Assembly: GCA_963699815.1 (NCBI GenBank) | Contig: CAVOVK010000004.1 | Location: 74,478 to 138,477 of the forward strand | From: an uncultured Acidimicrobiaceae bacterium | GTDB lineage: Bacteria; Actinomycetota; Acidimicrobiia; Acidimicrobiales; Ilumatobacteraceae | Length of the DNA stretch: 64,000 nucleotides | Direction: 5' to 3' | Shown here: piece after piece, positions 47,404 through 58,677 of the stretch | How positions within the stretch are numbered: position 1 is the stretch's first letter | Layout of the letters: every line of letters begins with the position of its first letter | The notes under the pieces: model-generated | What the model was told of the DNA's origin: nothing | Databases searched by the model: none | Seen by the model: the letters and a program-made list of their open reading frames with translations, nothing else | Position numbers and translations under genes: made by a program

Positions 47404-47410
47404 TCGCGGA

Positions 47411-47551
47411 TCATGATTCGAGCTCGAACGCCCCGACGTCGCACCCGGGTCCACGTGGGCGGGTGACACCACACTGGTCCGCAGCCGGGCACGCACCGGC
47501 GTCCGAGGTATCGACCACCGAACTGCCGGGTGTGGCACTGCTGTGCATCAT
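47411..47551 (-). CDS. 46-aa ORF resembling a choice-of-anchor Q C-terminal motif (possible remnant)
   Basis: [46 protein letters not shown]; the ATG overlaps the upstream TGA. Confidence 0.55.
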   Translation of the reverse strand: MMHSSATPGSSVVDTSDAGACPAADQCGVTRPRGPGCDVGAFELES

Positions 47552-48718
47552 CAACCTTCCGTGAGGGCGAGGCGGGTCTCGGGGTCGAAGAAGTGGAGGT
47601 TCTCGGTGGTCACCGCGATGTCGACGACCTCTCCTTCGCGGACTCGGGATCGCGGGTTGAACCGGCCGACAGCGTTCGCCTGGCCCTCGACGGGCTTGGC
47701 GTCAGGCGCATCGGGGTCACCGGAGTCGACATTCGGAGCATCGATCGAGAAGTGGACCATGATCTCCGAACCCAACGCCTCGAGCAGGGCGACCGGCGCC
47801 GTCAGCCGCCGCTCGGGCACGCTCGATTCGGCCAGGGTCGCATCCTCGAAGTCCTCGGGTCGGATACCGACGATCAGATTCTTGCCGTCGTAGCTGTTCA
47901 GGGTGGGATACCGGTCGAACAGGACGGGTTCCAGGGCGAGCGTCTGGGAGCCGAGCCGCAACGTGTGGCCCTCGACCTTCGCCTCGTAGAGGTTCATCGA
48001 CGGCGACCCGATGAATGCGGCGACGAACACGTTGGTCGGGTCGGTCGTAGAGGTTCTGTGGCGTGTCGACCTGCTGGAGGTAGCCGTCCTTGAGTACCGC
48101 CACCCGGTCGCCCATGGTCATCGCTTCGACCTGATCGTGGGTCACGTAGATCGTGGTGACACCGAGGTCACGCTGGATACCGGCGATCTCGGCACGCATC
48201 TGGACCCGCAGCTTGGCGTCGAGGTTCGACAACGGCTCGTCCATCAAGAACGCCGAGGGCTGGCGCACGATGGCACGCCCCATCGCGACACGTTGGCGCT
48301 GGCCACCCGACAACTGACCGGGCTTGCGATCGAGATTGGCGGTGAGCTCGAGGATGTCGGCCGCCTTGCGGACCCGCTGGTCGATCTCGTCCTTCGGGAC
48401 CTTCGCCAGCTTGAGCGCGAAGCCGATGTTGTCGTAGACGCTCATGTGCGGGTACAGCGCATAGTTCTGGAACACCATCGCGATGTCTCGGTCCTTGGGC
48501 TCGACATCGTTGACCACACGGTCACCGATCCGTAGCTCGCCGCTGGAGATCGTCTCCAGACCAGCGACCATCCGGAGCGCGGTCGATTTGCCACACCCGG
48601 ACGGCCCGACGAGAACCAGGAACTCACCGTCGTTGACCGCTAGGTCGAGACCGTGGATCGCCTGGAATCCGTTCTCATAGATCTTGTTCACCTGGTCGAG
48701 GACGACGTTCGCCATCAC
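47551..48718 (-). CDS. Sugar ABC ATP-binding protein (MsmK/UgpC-like; frameshift ~48035)
   Basis: [51 protein letters not shown]. Confidence 0.92.
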
Positions 48719-50556
48719 TCACCTCCTGTTCGTGTCATGACGAGCGTTGTGCCCGCTTGGTGTCCGATTGGCCAATTTGGTGGGTCCGGTTCGAGCTCGG
48801 TTCCACCGATGATCTGGGACTCGCTCGTCGGCCACGGAACGGGGAGTCGACCCGTGAAGGGAGCGTGGCCCAGCAGCACCTCGGCGATCCCGTCGGCTTC
48901 GGTGCCGGGGAGCCAGCAGGCGACGACCGAGTCGGCGAGCTCGACGATCGGCTCGATCAACAATGGACGCCCGGAGATGATGACCACGATCAATCGATCG
49001 ACCTGGTCGCGCATCCGGCGCACGACATCGATCTGATCGGTCGGGATCGAGAGGTCGGAGCGATCGCCGCCACCTTCGACGTAGGGCAGTTCGTGGATCG
49101 ACACGACGCCGATCGGTGCCCTGGCATCGCCGAAATGGGCGCTGCGTTCGTAGCGAACCCGCTCGTGCCCGCACAAGCGTCGGAGACCGTCGACGATCGT
49201 GCGGCCATCGGTGATGCGACCGGAACCACCCGTCCAGGAGATCGTCCACCCACCACACCCGATACCGATGTCGTCCAACGCATCACCGGCTGCGAGGAGT
49301 TCGACGTCGTCCGGGATCGGAAGCGCGCCGCCATCGGTCAGCACGACCGCGGATGCCCGCACGGCGGCCCGCGCCAGCGCACGATGCTCGTCGCAACCGA
49401 CGACCGTGAGGTCGACATCGCGGGGTGACAGCTCGGTGAACAACCCCAACTCCGACTTCACATGCAGGATTCGGCCGACCGCGTCATCGATCCGCTCGAG
49501 GGGGATCCTGCCGGCGTCCACCAGGTCGACGACCGTCGTGATGAATCGCTCGTAGTCGAACGGCACCATCACCATGTCGATCCCGGCACATATCGCCTGT
49601 TCGACGGCGGTGGCATAGTCGGGGTCGATCTGCTCGACCGCCATCCAGTCGCTCACGACGAACCCGGCGAACCCGAGCTCGACCTTGAGCACGTCGGTGA
49701 GCAGATAGCGATGGGCGTGCAATCGTCGACCGTGCCACGATCCGTAGCAGGCCATGACCGTGAGTACGCCGACATCGAGTGCGGCGATGAACGGGGGCAG
49801 ATGCACGCGGCGAAGCTCGTCCTCGTCGATCTGGATGTCGCCCTGGTCGATCTGCCAGCCCTGACCCCAACCCTGCCACCAGTCGATCCAGGGCTGGCGA
49901 TGGTTGCCCGCCGTGCCCCATACCGTCGCCCCCTCCCCGACGTAGTGCTTGGCGCACGCCAGCACACCGTCGACCGCGAGGTCGTCACCGTGCCACCCCT
50001 CGACGGCAGCACGACCGAGGGCACTCACCACCGCGACGTCCTGCGAGAAGCCCTCGTAGGTGCGTCCCCAGCGAATGTCCTGCGGAACGGCGAGGCACGG
50101 TGCGAACGACCATCGGGCGCCGGTTGCAGCGGTCTCGAGCGCGGCTGCACGGCTGATCGTGCGCATCAGGTCGGGGTCGTCGGCAGCTCCCATCCCGATG
50201 TTGTGCGGAAAGATCGTGGCATCGAGGACGTTGTTGTGACCGTGCACTGCGTCGGTGCCGTACAGGATCGGGATCCCGAGGCGGCTCCGCCTCGATGCCG
50301 CCACGAACGAGTGGACGCTTTCGCGCCACGCTGCGGCCGAACCATCACCGGGGTTGCCACCCCCGCCGCTGAGCACCGAACCGACCGACCAGGCCGCCAC
50401 GTCGTCGGGGGTGATGCTGCCGAACTCGACCTGTGTCATCTGGCCGACCTTCTCGGCGGTCGTCATCGAACCTAGGAGATCGTGCATGCGCCCATCCTCG
50501 AATGCTCGCTGCGGCACCGCGGTGCGGCGGCCGATCGACGCCGGTGGGCGTGCCAC
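48715..50556 (-). CDS. GH3 beta-glucosidase/exo-beta-glucanase
   Basis: [48 protein letters not shown]. Confidence 0.92.
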   Translation of the reverse strand: MARPPASIGRRTAVPQRAFEDGRMHDLLGSMTTAEKVGQMTQVEFGSITPDDVAAWSVGSVLSGGGGNPGDGSAAAWRESVHSFVAASRRSRLGIPILYGTDAVHGHNNVLDATIFPHNIGMGAADDPDLMRTISRAAALETAATGARWSFAPCLAVPQDIRWGRTYEGFSQDVAVVSALGRAAVEGWHGDDLAVDGVLACAKHYVGEGATVWGTAGNHRQPWIDWWQGWGQGWQIDQGDIQIDEDELRRVHLPPFIAALDVGVLTVMACYGSWHGRRLHAHRYLLTDVLKVELGFAGFVVSDWMAVEQIDPDYATAVEQAICAGIDMVMVPFDYERFITTVVDLVDAGRIPLERIDDAVGRILHVKSELGLFTELSPRDVDLTVVGCDEHRALARAAVRASAVVLTDGGALPIPDDVELLAAGDALDDIGIGCGGWTISWTGGSGRITDGRTIVDGLRRLCGHERVRYERSAHFGDARAPIGVVSIHELPYVEGGGDRSDLSIPTDQIDVVRRMRDQVDRLIVVIISGRPLLIEPIVELADSVVACWLPGTEADGIAEVLLGHAPFTGRLPVPWPTSESQIIGGTELEPDPPNWPIGHQAGTTLVMTRTGGE

Positions 50557-50675
50557 CTCGAGTCGCGCCGGGCCATCGAGTCGTCCTGACGCGCCGTCCT
50601 CGACCGATTCGACCGGTTCAGCGCCCTGGCTCCGTGTGTGCGATGCATCTCTCCCCGTTCACCAGATCCTTCGTC

Positions 50676-50735
50676 TGGGAGCGCTCCTGGGAGCGCTCCC
50701 AGAAACATACGACCAGAACCCGGTTGAGGTCAAGA
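50676..50735 (-). promoter_or_regulatory. Promoter with tandem CelR/CebR-type LacI operator
   Basis: TGGGAGCGCTCC-TGGGAGCGCTCCCA at 50676-50701; TTGACC-N18-TATGTT immediately upstream on the minus strand. Confidence 0.8.
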
Positions 50736-50776
50736 GGAATGTCGCGAATGTTTCCAGTGGGTGCGAAACGAGCGTC

Positions 50777-51805
50777 TCAGCTCGTGTGATGCAGCAGCTC
50801 GTTCGTACCGCAGGACGCTCCGATCCGAAGCGCCGTGGGCAGGATCACCGTCTTGGACTCAGAGGTCGCGTCGGCCAACATGGCGACCGCCGTGCGGCCG
50901 ACCTCGACAACCGGCTGCACCACGGTGGTCAGCGCCGGCTCGAGCCGCGGCCCGCGCGCAAGGCCGTCGAAGCCGACGATCGCGACGTCGTCGGGAATCC
51001 GAACGCCGTGCTCGGACAATGCCCGGAACGCACCGGCAGCCATCGGGTCGGTTGCGACGTAGATCGCGTCGGGACCCTCCGACAACAACGACGACGTGGC
51101 GCGGTATCCACCGTCCGATGTGGGTTGATCGAGGCGGATCAAGCGATCCTCGACCTCGCGGCCGGCGGCGGCGAGCCCATCCCGATAGCCGTCGAGCCGC
51201 TCGGCGCCGAACAGGTACTCGGAGCTCGGACCGACAAAACCGACACGGCGCCGACCGTGCTCGCACAGGTGCAGGGTGGCGGCCACGCTTCCCGCTCGAT
51301 TCTCGACGTCGACACGCAAGAGACCGACGTCGTCGACCGGGTGCCCGACGACGACCAACCGCTTCCCACGGTCACGGAGCGACGAGATGAGACCGTCGCT
51401 GCGCGGGCCCGCCGTCACGATCACGCCGTCCACGAAACCTTGGGCGATCTGGGTCGTCAGGATGTCTGCACGCCCCTCAGGGCCGTGGACCGGGAAGATC
51501 GAGAAGATCAGGCCGTGCTCGACGCAACCCTGCTGGATGCCGTTGACGAGCGCCGAATAGTACGGATCGCCGAACAGTTCGTCGACCTCGGTCAGCATCA
51601 CCAGACCGATCAAACCATTACGGCTCGACACCAGTGCACGCGCCGCCTGGTTGGGCAGGTAACCGGTCTCCTCGATCACCGCCTCGACCCGAGCACGAAC
51701 CTCGGGCCGGACGTCAGGGTGATCGTTCAGGACCCGGGACACCGTCGAGCGCGAAACCCCGGCCCGCCGACCGATCTCCTCGAGTGTCAGATTCGCAGAC
51801 TTCAT
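50777..51805 (-). CDS. LacI family regulator
   Basis: TLEEIGRRAGVSRSTVSRVLN, GYLPNQAARAL, IPDDVAIVGFD, LTTVVQP. Confidence 0.93.
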   Translation of the reverse strand: MKSANLTLEEIGRRAGVSRSTVSRVLNDHPDVRPEVRARVEAVIEETGYLPNQAARALVSSRNGLIGLVMLTEVDELFGDPYYSALVNGIQQGCVEHGLIFSIFPVHGPEGRADILTTQIAQGFVDGVIVTAGPRSDGLISSLRDRGKRLVVVGHPVDDVGLLRVDVENRAGSVAATLHLCEHGRRRVGFVGPSSEYLFGAERLDGYRDGLAAAGREVEDRLIRLDQPTSDGGYRATSSLLSEGPDAIYVATDPMAAGAFRALSEHGVRIPDDVAIVGFDGLARGPRLEPALTTVVQPVVEVGRTAVAMLADATSESKTVILPTALRIGASCGTNELLHHTS

Positions 51806-52653
51806 ATCGCTTCCGGCCTCGGGTCGAGGCTCTCGACCCGGATCCAATCGACGAGCACCTTCGCCCGATCGGTCTTGATTGCTGTTACCGCTTCTTCGGA
51901 CATCCCATGATAGGGGGACCGGATTCCGTTGGATTTCACCGGATACACTCCGCCCAGGGCGAAGTTCAAAATGAGGAACTTCTCGTTGTCGAACGCCCAG
52001 GGGCCGAAGAAGTCGACCATCGGGCGCACGACCCGATAGGCCAGTTCGCCATCGACCGTGAAGACGAGCCGATCAGGTTCCCAGTCGACGGCATACACGT
52101 GCCACCCCGATGCATCTGCGCCACCGGTGAAGTACATGTTGTTGGCCAGTGCCTGCTCGCCCGAGTAGCCGGGCCCGTGCACGGCGCTACTGACCCAATC
52201 CGGTTCGCCGACGTATTCCATCACGTCGATCTCGCCGGTATCGGGCCAACCGCTGCAGCCCATCAGCCAGAACGCCGGCCACAATCCTCGCCCACTGGGC
52301 AGCCGCATGCGAGCCGAGGCCGACCCGTACCGGAACTGGAACCTGTCGCGAGTGTCGACTCGGCCCGAGACGAAATCGAAGCGGTCACCGTCCGGCGTGA
52401 GGTAACCAGGGCGAAAGCGCGGCTGGATGACCAACACGTTGCCATCGGCACCATCAGCCTCCTGTCCCGACGCGACGTAGATCGTCTCGAGCGAATCGAC
52501 ATAGGCCTGCTGCTCGTCGTTGACGACCCTGCCGGTGACCCGAACATTCCATGTCGATCGGTTCAGCACGCCCGAACCGAAGTCATCGAAGAAGATCGGC
52601 TCGGATCGAGGTCCGACTCGTCGACCGGGGGTGCTGGTTCGCTGCTCGACCAC
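51802..52653 (-). CDS. GH16 laminarinase-like glycoside hydrolase (no signal peptide seen)
   Basis: FFDDF, NDEQQAY, GLWPAFWL, WPDTGEIDVME (EIDxxE). Confidence 0.9.
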   Translation of the reverse strand: MVEQRTSTPGRRVGPRSEPIFFDDFGSGVLNRSTWNVRVTGRVVNDEQQAYVDSLETIYVASGQEADGADGNVLVIQPRFRPGYLTPDGDRFDFVSGRVDTRDRFQFRYGSASARMRLPSGRGLWPAFWLMGCSGWPDTGEIDVMEYVGEPDWVSSAVHGPGYSGEQALANNMYFTGGADASGWHVYAVDWEPDRLVFTVDGELAYRVVRPMVDFFGPWAFDNEKFLILNFALGGVYPVKSNGIRSPYHGMSEEAVTAIKTDRAKVLVDWIRVESLDPRPEAI

Positions 52654-52665
52654 GACGAGGGTTCC

Positions 52666-53668
52666 TCACTCGGCGGTCGGCTGGTAGACGCGCACGTAGT
52701 CGACGTAGTACTGGATGGGAAACTCCAGGTCCAGCGCGATGCTCCCGCCCAACGTGCCACCGAGGGCGAGGTTGAGAATGATGAAGAAGGGCCGGTCGAA
52801 CACCCACTCGCGATCGCTCAAGTCCGCCGGACCGACCTCGAAGTACATCTCGTCGTCGAAGAACCACCGGATCCCCTCGGCGTCCCAGTCGACCGCGAAG
52901 GTGTGGAAATCGTCGCCGATCTCGAAATCCTGCCGATTCCACTGCGACTTGCCGCCGGCGCCGGCATAACCCGGACCGTGGATGGTGCCGATCACGAGAT
53001 CGGGCTCGCGCCCGACATACTCCATGATGTCGATCTCGCCGATGTTGGGCCACTGCTTGGCCGGATCGTCGGACTCGTTGTCGAAGTCGGAGCCCAACAT
53101 CCAGAACGCCGGCCAGGTGCCGGACCCCTTCGGCACCTTGATGCGCGGCTTCGATCCGGCCGTACTGGAACTCCTGCAGGCCCTGGCTCTTCAACCGGGC
53201 GGACGTGTAGTACGAGTCCTCGAACTTCTCTTGGTGGAGTTCGATCAGCAACAGCCCGTTCTGGGTGCGGGCGTTCTCGGGGCGGTCGGTGTAGTACTGC
53301 GCCTCGCCGTTGCCCCATCCCCAGCCCCCGATGTCGTAGGTCCAGTTCGATCCGTCCACCGCATCACCGTCGAACTCGTCGCTCCAGACGAGCTCCATAC
53401 CCTCGGGTGGCTCGGCCGGGATCGGTTCCGGTGTTGCGATCGTCGTGGTCGGCGCCGTGGTGGCCGGTTCGGTGATCGGCGGCTCGGTGCTCGGCGGCGC
53501 GGTGGTCGCCGGCGTGGTCACCTCGGCGGGCACGGTCGTCGGAACCGGCTCGGTCGCGGCAACGTCGGCGTCGTCATCGTCGCCGGAGCCGCACGCAGCG
53601 ACCAGTAGCGAACATGACAGGACTGCCCCCAGCGCTCGCCATCGGCGCCTCGCGTGAGCCGGTCTCAT
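52666..53668 (-). CDS. GH16 laminarinase-like lipoprotein (frameshift ~53145)
   Basis: LVAACGSGDDD lipobox, P/T linker, LVWSDEFDG, WGNGEAQYY, WPAFWM, GEIDIME, VDYVRVY. Confidence 0.88.
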
Positions 53669-53793
53669 CGTGATCCTCTCCTTCCTGGTTCGGCGGATGG
53701 TTGTGGGTCCCCTCGTCGGCAGATGTTCTCGAACGTCATCTCGACCCAGCCGCTCCGAAGGCCCCGACACCGGGACTCGACGAACCACCACGA

Positions 53794-54994
53794 TCATGGC
53801 CGCGCCGGACTTCCGTCGGGCAACCGGGTCTGGGTCCACTGCTCGACGATCTCGCCACACGGATACTTCGCAGCGAGCTCCTCGTCGATGGCGATGCCCA
53901 AGCCGGGCTGTTCGTTCGGGTAGAGATATCCGGCCCGAACCTCCGGGAGGCCGGGGAACATCTCGTAGTCGACTTCGGACGGCTGGTACCACTCCTGGAT
54001 CCCGAAGTTCGGTGCCCAGAGATCAAGGTGCAGATTGGCGGCGTGCCCGACCGGCGACGTGTCGCCCGGCCCGTGCCACGCGGTGCGCACTCCGAACGTC
54101 TGCGCCAGCGCCGCGACGTTTCGGGCCGGCGTGATCCCACCGATCTGGCTCACATGGATGCGTATGAAGTCGATCAGCTGCTCGGTGATCAGCGAGCGCC
54201 ATTCGTGCGGATTGTTGAACAACTCGCCCATCGCCAACGGAGTTGAGCACTGTTGGCGAAGATGCCGGAACCAACCGACATCTTCGGGGGCAACGGGGTC
54301 TTCGAGGAAGAACAGACGATATTGCTCGACGTCCTTGGCGAAGCGGAGCGCGTCGACGGGGTGGAGTCGTTCGTGCACATCGTGGAGCAACTCGACATCG
54401 TCACCCAACGAGCTGCGGACATGATCGATCATCCCGAGCATCACACGGCCGTACTGGCGTGGATCGAAGTAGCTGCCGTCGGGTGCCCCTTCGGGTGGCT
54501 GCAACCCCGACCCCGAACCGCCGTATCCGCCCATCTGGACGCGGAACGTGGTGGAAACCCTGCTCGACCAGGCGATTCGCATTGTCCGCGACCTGGTGTG
54601 GATCGCTGCCGTCGGCGTGCACGTAGACGGCAGCCGCTTCGCGGCTCTTGCCTCCGAACAGTTGGTACAACGGCATGCCGGCCCGCTTGCCCTTGATGTC
54701 CCACAGCGCCTGATCGACGCCGGAAACGGCATTGTTCAGCACCGGACCGTTGCGCCAGTACCCGTGCACCATCGACATCTGCCACAGCTCCTCGATGCGA
54801 TCGACGTCGCGACCGATCAGGAACGGCTTGAGATGTCGTTCGATCGCAGCCTGCACCGCGAACACACGCTGGGTGAAGGTCGCACACCCCAGCCCGTACA
54901 GGCCGGGTTCCGAGGTCATCACCTTGACGATGACCAGGCGCGAAGCACCGGGCTGGGTCAGGATCGGCCTGACGTCGGTGATCCTGATCGTCAC
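53794..54994 (-). CDS. Enolase-superfamily acid-sugar dehydratase (RspA/ManD subgroup; frameshift ~54545)
   Basis: GLGCATF, YWRNGPV, DQALWDIKGK, LLHDVHERL, FLEDP, MGE, HGPGDTSP, PGLGI. Confidence 0.85.
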
Positions 54995-55000
54995 GGCTAC

Positions 55001-55873
55001 CTATCCCTTGACGGCGCCCGAGGTCAGTCCAGAGATGATGTAGCGCTGTAGGAACATGAAGAGGATCAACATCGGGGCCATCAACATCAACACAGCGGCA
55101 GCGAGTTTGGGCCAGTCGCTGCCGTACACGCCCTCGAACACGATCAGACCCTTGGTGATCGGATAGAGATCGTCGTCGGTCAGGTAGACGTTGGCGAGGA
55201 TCAGCTCGTTCCAGATCCCGATCGCGTGGATCACCGTCACCGTTGCGATCGCGGGCTTGATGAGTGGGATCAGGATCGACCACACGAATCGGATGTAACC
55301 GCAGCCGTCCATCGCTGCCGACTCGTCGAGTTCTTTTGGGATCGATTTGATGTAGTTGACGAGGATGATCAGCCCGATCGGGTTGATGAGGAAGAGCAAG
55401 ATGTAGCCCTGTCGGGTGTTGTAGAGGCCGAGGTTCAGGATCAGCTGGAACTGGGGGATCAGCGCCGGCGGCAGGAACAGCGCCACCACGTACAGAGTCA
55501 GCAGCGCGCCTGCTCCCTTCACGTATCCGCGGGCGATCGGGAAGGCGACGAAGACGGACATGATCACGAACAGGATGGTCGCCACCGTCGTGTAGATCAG
55601 CGAGTTGAGCAAGAACTTCGGGAAGTTGGCGAGATCCCAGGCCTCCTTGAAGTTGGTGCTGTTGAAGCTCTCCGGAAGGCCGGTCGGGTTCTTGAAGAAC
55701 TCCGGCAACGACTTCATCGACGCGCTGATGAGGATCAGGAGCGGGCCGACGTAGAAGGCGGCGAAGAGCAGCAGGATCGAGTAGGAGGCGACCTTGCGCA
55801 GGATGCGCCGGCGCTTCGCGCCTCCGTCGCCACTACGTACCGTGTCGGCAAGGGGTTCGGTGATGACGCTCAT
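55001..55873 (-). CDS. Carbohydrate ABC permease
   Basis: IPKELDESAAMDG EAA loop; WNE; GLTSGAVKG C-terminus. Confidence 0.92.
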   Translation of the reverse strand: MSVITEPLADTVRSGDGGAKRRRILRKVASYSILLLFAAFYVGPLLILISASMKSLPEFFKNPTGLPESFNSTNFKEAWDLANFPKFLLNSLIYTTVATILFVIMSVFVAFPIARGYVKGAGALLTLYVVALFLPPALIPQFQLILNLGLYNTRQGYILLFLINPIGLIILVNYIKSIPKELDESAAMDGCGYIRFVWSILIPLIKPAIATVTVIHAIGIWNELILANVYLTDDDLYPITKGLIVFEGVYGSDWPKLAAAVLMLMAPMLILFMFLQRYIISGLTSGAVKG

Positions 55874-56793
55874 CCCATGTACTTCCTTTCACGCCGACCG
55901 ACAAACGCATTGGCGGCCATCCCGAGCACCAGCACGAGTGCGAACAACACGATCGAGGCGGCCGCGGCGTACCCCTGGCGGAACGAGGCGGTGCCGGTCT
56001 GCCCGAACGCCTCGGCGTAGACGACGTACCCGAGCACCTGTGTGCCGTTCTTGTACCCGGTCAGCACGAGGAACAGCATCCACGCCTGGAGCGAGCCGAC
56101 GATGTTCAAGAGGAAGTTGGTGTTGATGGCAGGTGTGAGCTGCGGCCAGGTGATGTTCTTGAAGAGCTGCCACCCGCTGGCGCCATCGACCGCCGCCGCC
56201 TCGTAGAGGTCGGCGGGGATGGTCTGCATCCCGGCCAGGAAGATGACCATCGTGAACCCGGCGTTGGCCCAGATCTGTACGACGATCACCCAGTAGAACG
56301 CGTTCGGTCCGGCCAGGAACTGGGATTCCAGTCCGAACCACCCGAAGATCGAGTCCATCGGACCACCACCGGGCCGCAGGAACAACTTCCACATCAGGCC
56401 CTGGACGGCGACGCCCAGGATCACCGGGACGAAGAAGAGGGTGCGGAAGACGAGCCGACCGCGCAGTTTCTGGTTGACGAGGATTGCCATCAGCAGCCCG
56501 ATGCCGAACTGGATCGACGTGACCAGGGCCATGAAGATGAGTGTCCGCTTGAGCGCGTCGAGGTTGTCGCGCGATCGCGCACCCTGCAACAGGAAATCGT
56601 CGTAGTTCTTGAAACCGACCCAGTTGATCGGGAGGCCCTTGATGCCGGTGGCGTCGGTCAACGAGTAGACGAACGTCGCCAATGACGGCCCGACCCCGAT
56701 CAGGATGTAGAAGCCGAGCCCGGGGAGAAGCAGCAGCCACGGATAGAGGCGCTGTCCCTTTCCCCCGAACAGATATCGCTGATGGACTGCCAT
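55870..56793 (-). CDS. Carbohydrate ABC permease
   Basis: WVGFKNY, IPADLYEAAAVDGA, GYAAA. Confidence 0.92.
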   Translation of the reverse strand: MAVHQRYLFGGKGQRLYPWLLLLPGLGFYILIGVGPSLATFVYSLTDATGIKGLPINWVGFKNYDDFLLQGARSRDNLDALKRTLIFMALVTSIQFGIGLLMAILVNQKLRGRLVFRTLFFVPVILGVAVQGLMWKLFLRPGGGPMDSIFGWFGLESQFLAGPNAFYWVIVVQIWANAGFTMVIFLAGMQTIPADLYEAAAVDGASGWQLFKNITWPQLTPAINTNFLLNIVGSLQAWMLFLVLTGYKNGTQVLGYVVYAEAFGQTGTASFRQGYAAAASIVLFALVLVLGMAANAFVGRRERKYMG

Positions 56794-56886
56794 TCGACGT
56801 CCCCCTTTGGTGTCGAGCGATCGAGTTGTATGTCGTTTGAGTCGGTGTACGGATCCGTCGCGTCAGTGCATTCAGCGAGGGAATCC

Positions 56887-56926
56887 GGTGGGTGCGGGCC
56901 GCCGCGAGAGGCCGCCCGCACCCACC
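56887..56926. terminator. Stem-loop downstream of the sugar-binding protein gene
   Basis: GGTGGGTGCGGGC...GCCCGCACCCACC, 13-bp inverted repeat. Confidence 0.7.
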
Positions 56927-56953
56927 ATCATCCGTGTCAGTGAGTCGGCCTGA

Positions 56954-58376
56954 TCACAAGCCGGAGTCGAGGTCGGCCTGGGCCTTGTTGGCGGCTTCGG
57001 TCGGATCGCTGAAATCCCCATTGTAGAACCACAAGGCAGCCTGGCTGCCGTTGGCATTCTGGCCGGCGCCAACGGGTCCGACGAACCACTGCTCGAACCC
57101 GACCGTGAAGTTGCCCTCTTGGAGGATCGGGGCGACCGAACGGCCCATGGTGCTGTCCAGCGTCGCCGTGGGCTGGGTCGGCAGGAAGTTGACCGCGTTG
57201 GCGAAGGCGTTGTAGTTGTCGGGCTCCGAGAACGCGGCGAGATAGGCCATCGCGAGGTCCTTCACCGGCGTGTTGGCGGCGACCGCCCAGCCCTGGTCGT
57301 ACTTCCCGAACAGGGTCTGGTTGTCGGCGGCGTCGTCGCTGCCGGGGAACGGGATGTAGCTCCACTCGAACTCGGCGCCGGTACCTTCGGCCGGCTCCAG
57401 GACGCCGGCATTCCAGCCGCCCATCGGACCGAACGGCGACATCGCCGGCCAGGTAGCGCGAGGCCGCGGCGTCACCGGTGAGACCGGCCGATTCGGCATC
57501 GAGCATGTCGGCGAACATCTTGTACCGCTCGAAGAGCTGCAGGCCCTGCTCGTCGTTCCACTTGGCTGCACCGGTCCAGAGGCCCTCGACGAGGCCCTCC
57601 TGGTCGGGATAGAGCGCACCGAGCAGGCCGTACGAACCGACGAACACCGGCCATCCGTCCTGACCGCCGGCGATCATGCACTTGTAGCCGGCTGCCTGGA
57701 CCGCGTCGCAGGCCGCGACGAGCTCACTCCAGGTCGTCGGCACATCGACGCCGACCTCTGCGAGCAGGTCGAGGTTCACGAACATGCCGCTGTAGGTCGT
57801 GCGGCCGAGATTGAGCGAGTAGACGCTGCCGTCGTACGAACCGCCCTCAGCGATCGCAGCCTCGTCGTAGTTCTGGACGAACGGCTGGTCGCTGAGATCC
57901 ATCAGCAAACCGGCGTCGATCAGCTGCTGCCAATACGGGGCGTCGACATCGGTCATGTAGGGCTGCACGGGGTTCGCGAATCCGGTCACGGTGATCGTCG
58001 TGACATCGATGTCGTTCGCCGTCAGACGGGTCTGGTTGGCGGTGGGGAGGTCGTTGGCCTCGACGATCGACAGGTCGATGCTGACGCCCGGGTTGTTCGC
58101 CTCGAACTCCTCGTTGAAGTCCTCCATGAACGCCACCATCGGTGGGTTCTGGTGGATCAGCACTCGCAAGGTGCCTTCCAGGTCGGTTGCGGGTGCATCG
58201 GTCGAACCGGGTGCATCGGTCGAACCGGGTGCATCGGTCGAACCGGGCGCATCGGTCGCGCCGGGGGCATCGGTCGCGGGTGACGAATCCGAGTCGTCGT
58301 CACCACCGCAGGCAGCTGCCAGCAGCGCTGAGACCACCAGTACCGGCAGTATCAGCTTCTTCTTCGTGGACCTCAT
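56954..58376 (-). CDS. Sugar ABC substrate-binding lipoprotein (frameshift ~57440)
   Basis: LAAACGGDDD lipobox, PTTWSELV, WSYIPFP; GAGG RBS. Confidence 0.88.
58191..58280 (-). repeat. 18-bp coding repeat x5 (TDAPG[AS]) in the lipoprotein linker
   Basis: Read directly. Confidence 0.85.
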
Positions 58377-58619
58377 GATTTGTTCTCCCTCTGGAATTGA
58401 CGGTTGGTCGTTGCTTGTTCACTCATCGCGCTGGTTGGTGTTGGGCTGCTCGTCCTCGCGACGTTGCGCCACACGAGGCGCGGACGGCGAGCTGGGTCGG
58501 GATCTCGTGGTACCGATGTACGACGGCCGATCTCGGATCGGATCGGCCGACTCGGGTCGGTTGGGACTCTGGTGTCCCTTCTGTGCGATGCACCTCTCCC
58601 CCTTCTCCAGGATTGGTCC

Positions 58620-58677
58620 TGGGAGCGCTCCTGGGAGCGCTCCCAGTCACGATACGACCGCAGCCCCGTGGCGTCAA
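58620..58677 (-). promoter_or_regulatory. Second promoter with tandem CelR/CebR-type operator
   Basis: The same 26-bp double operator at 58620-58645; TTGACG-N17-TATCGT upstream on the minus strand. Confidence 0.8.
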
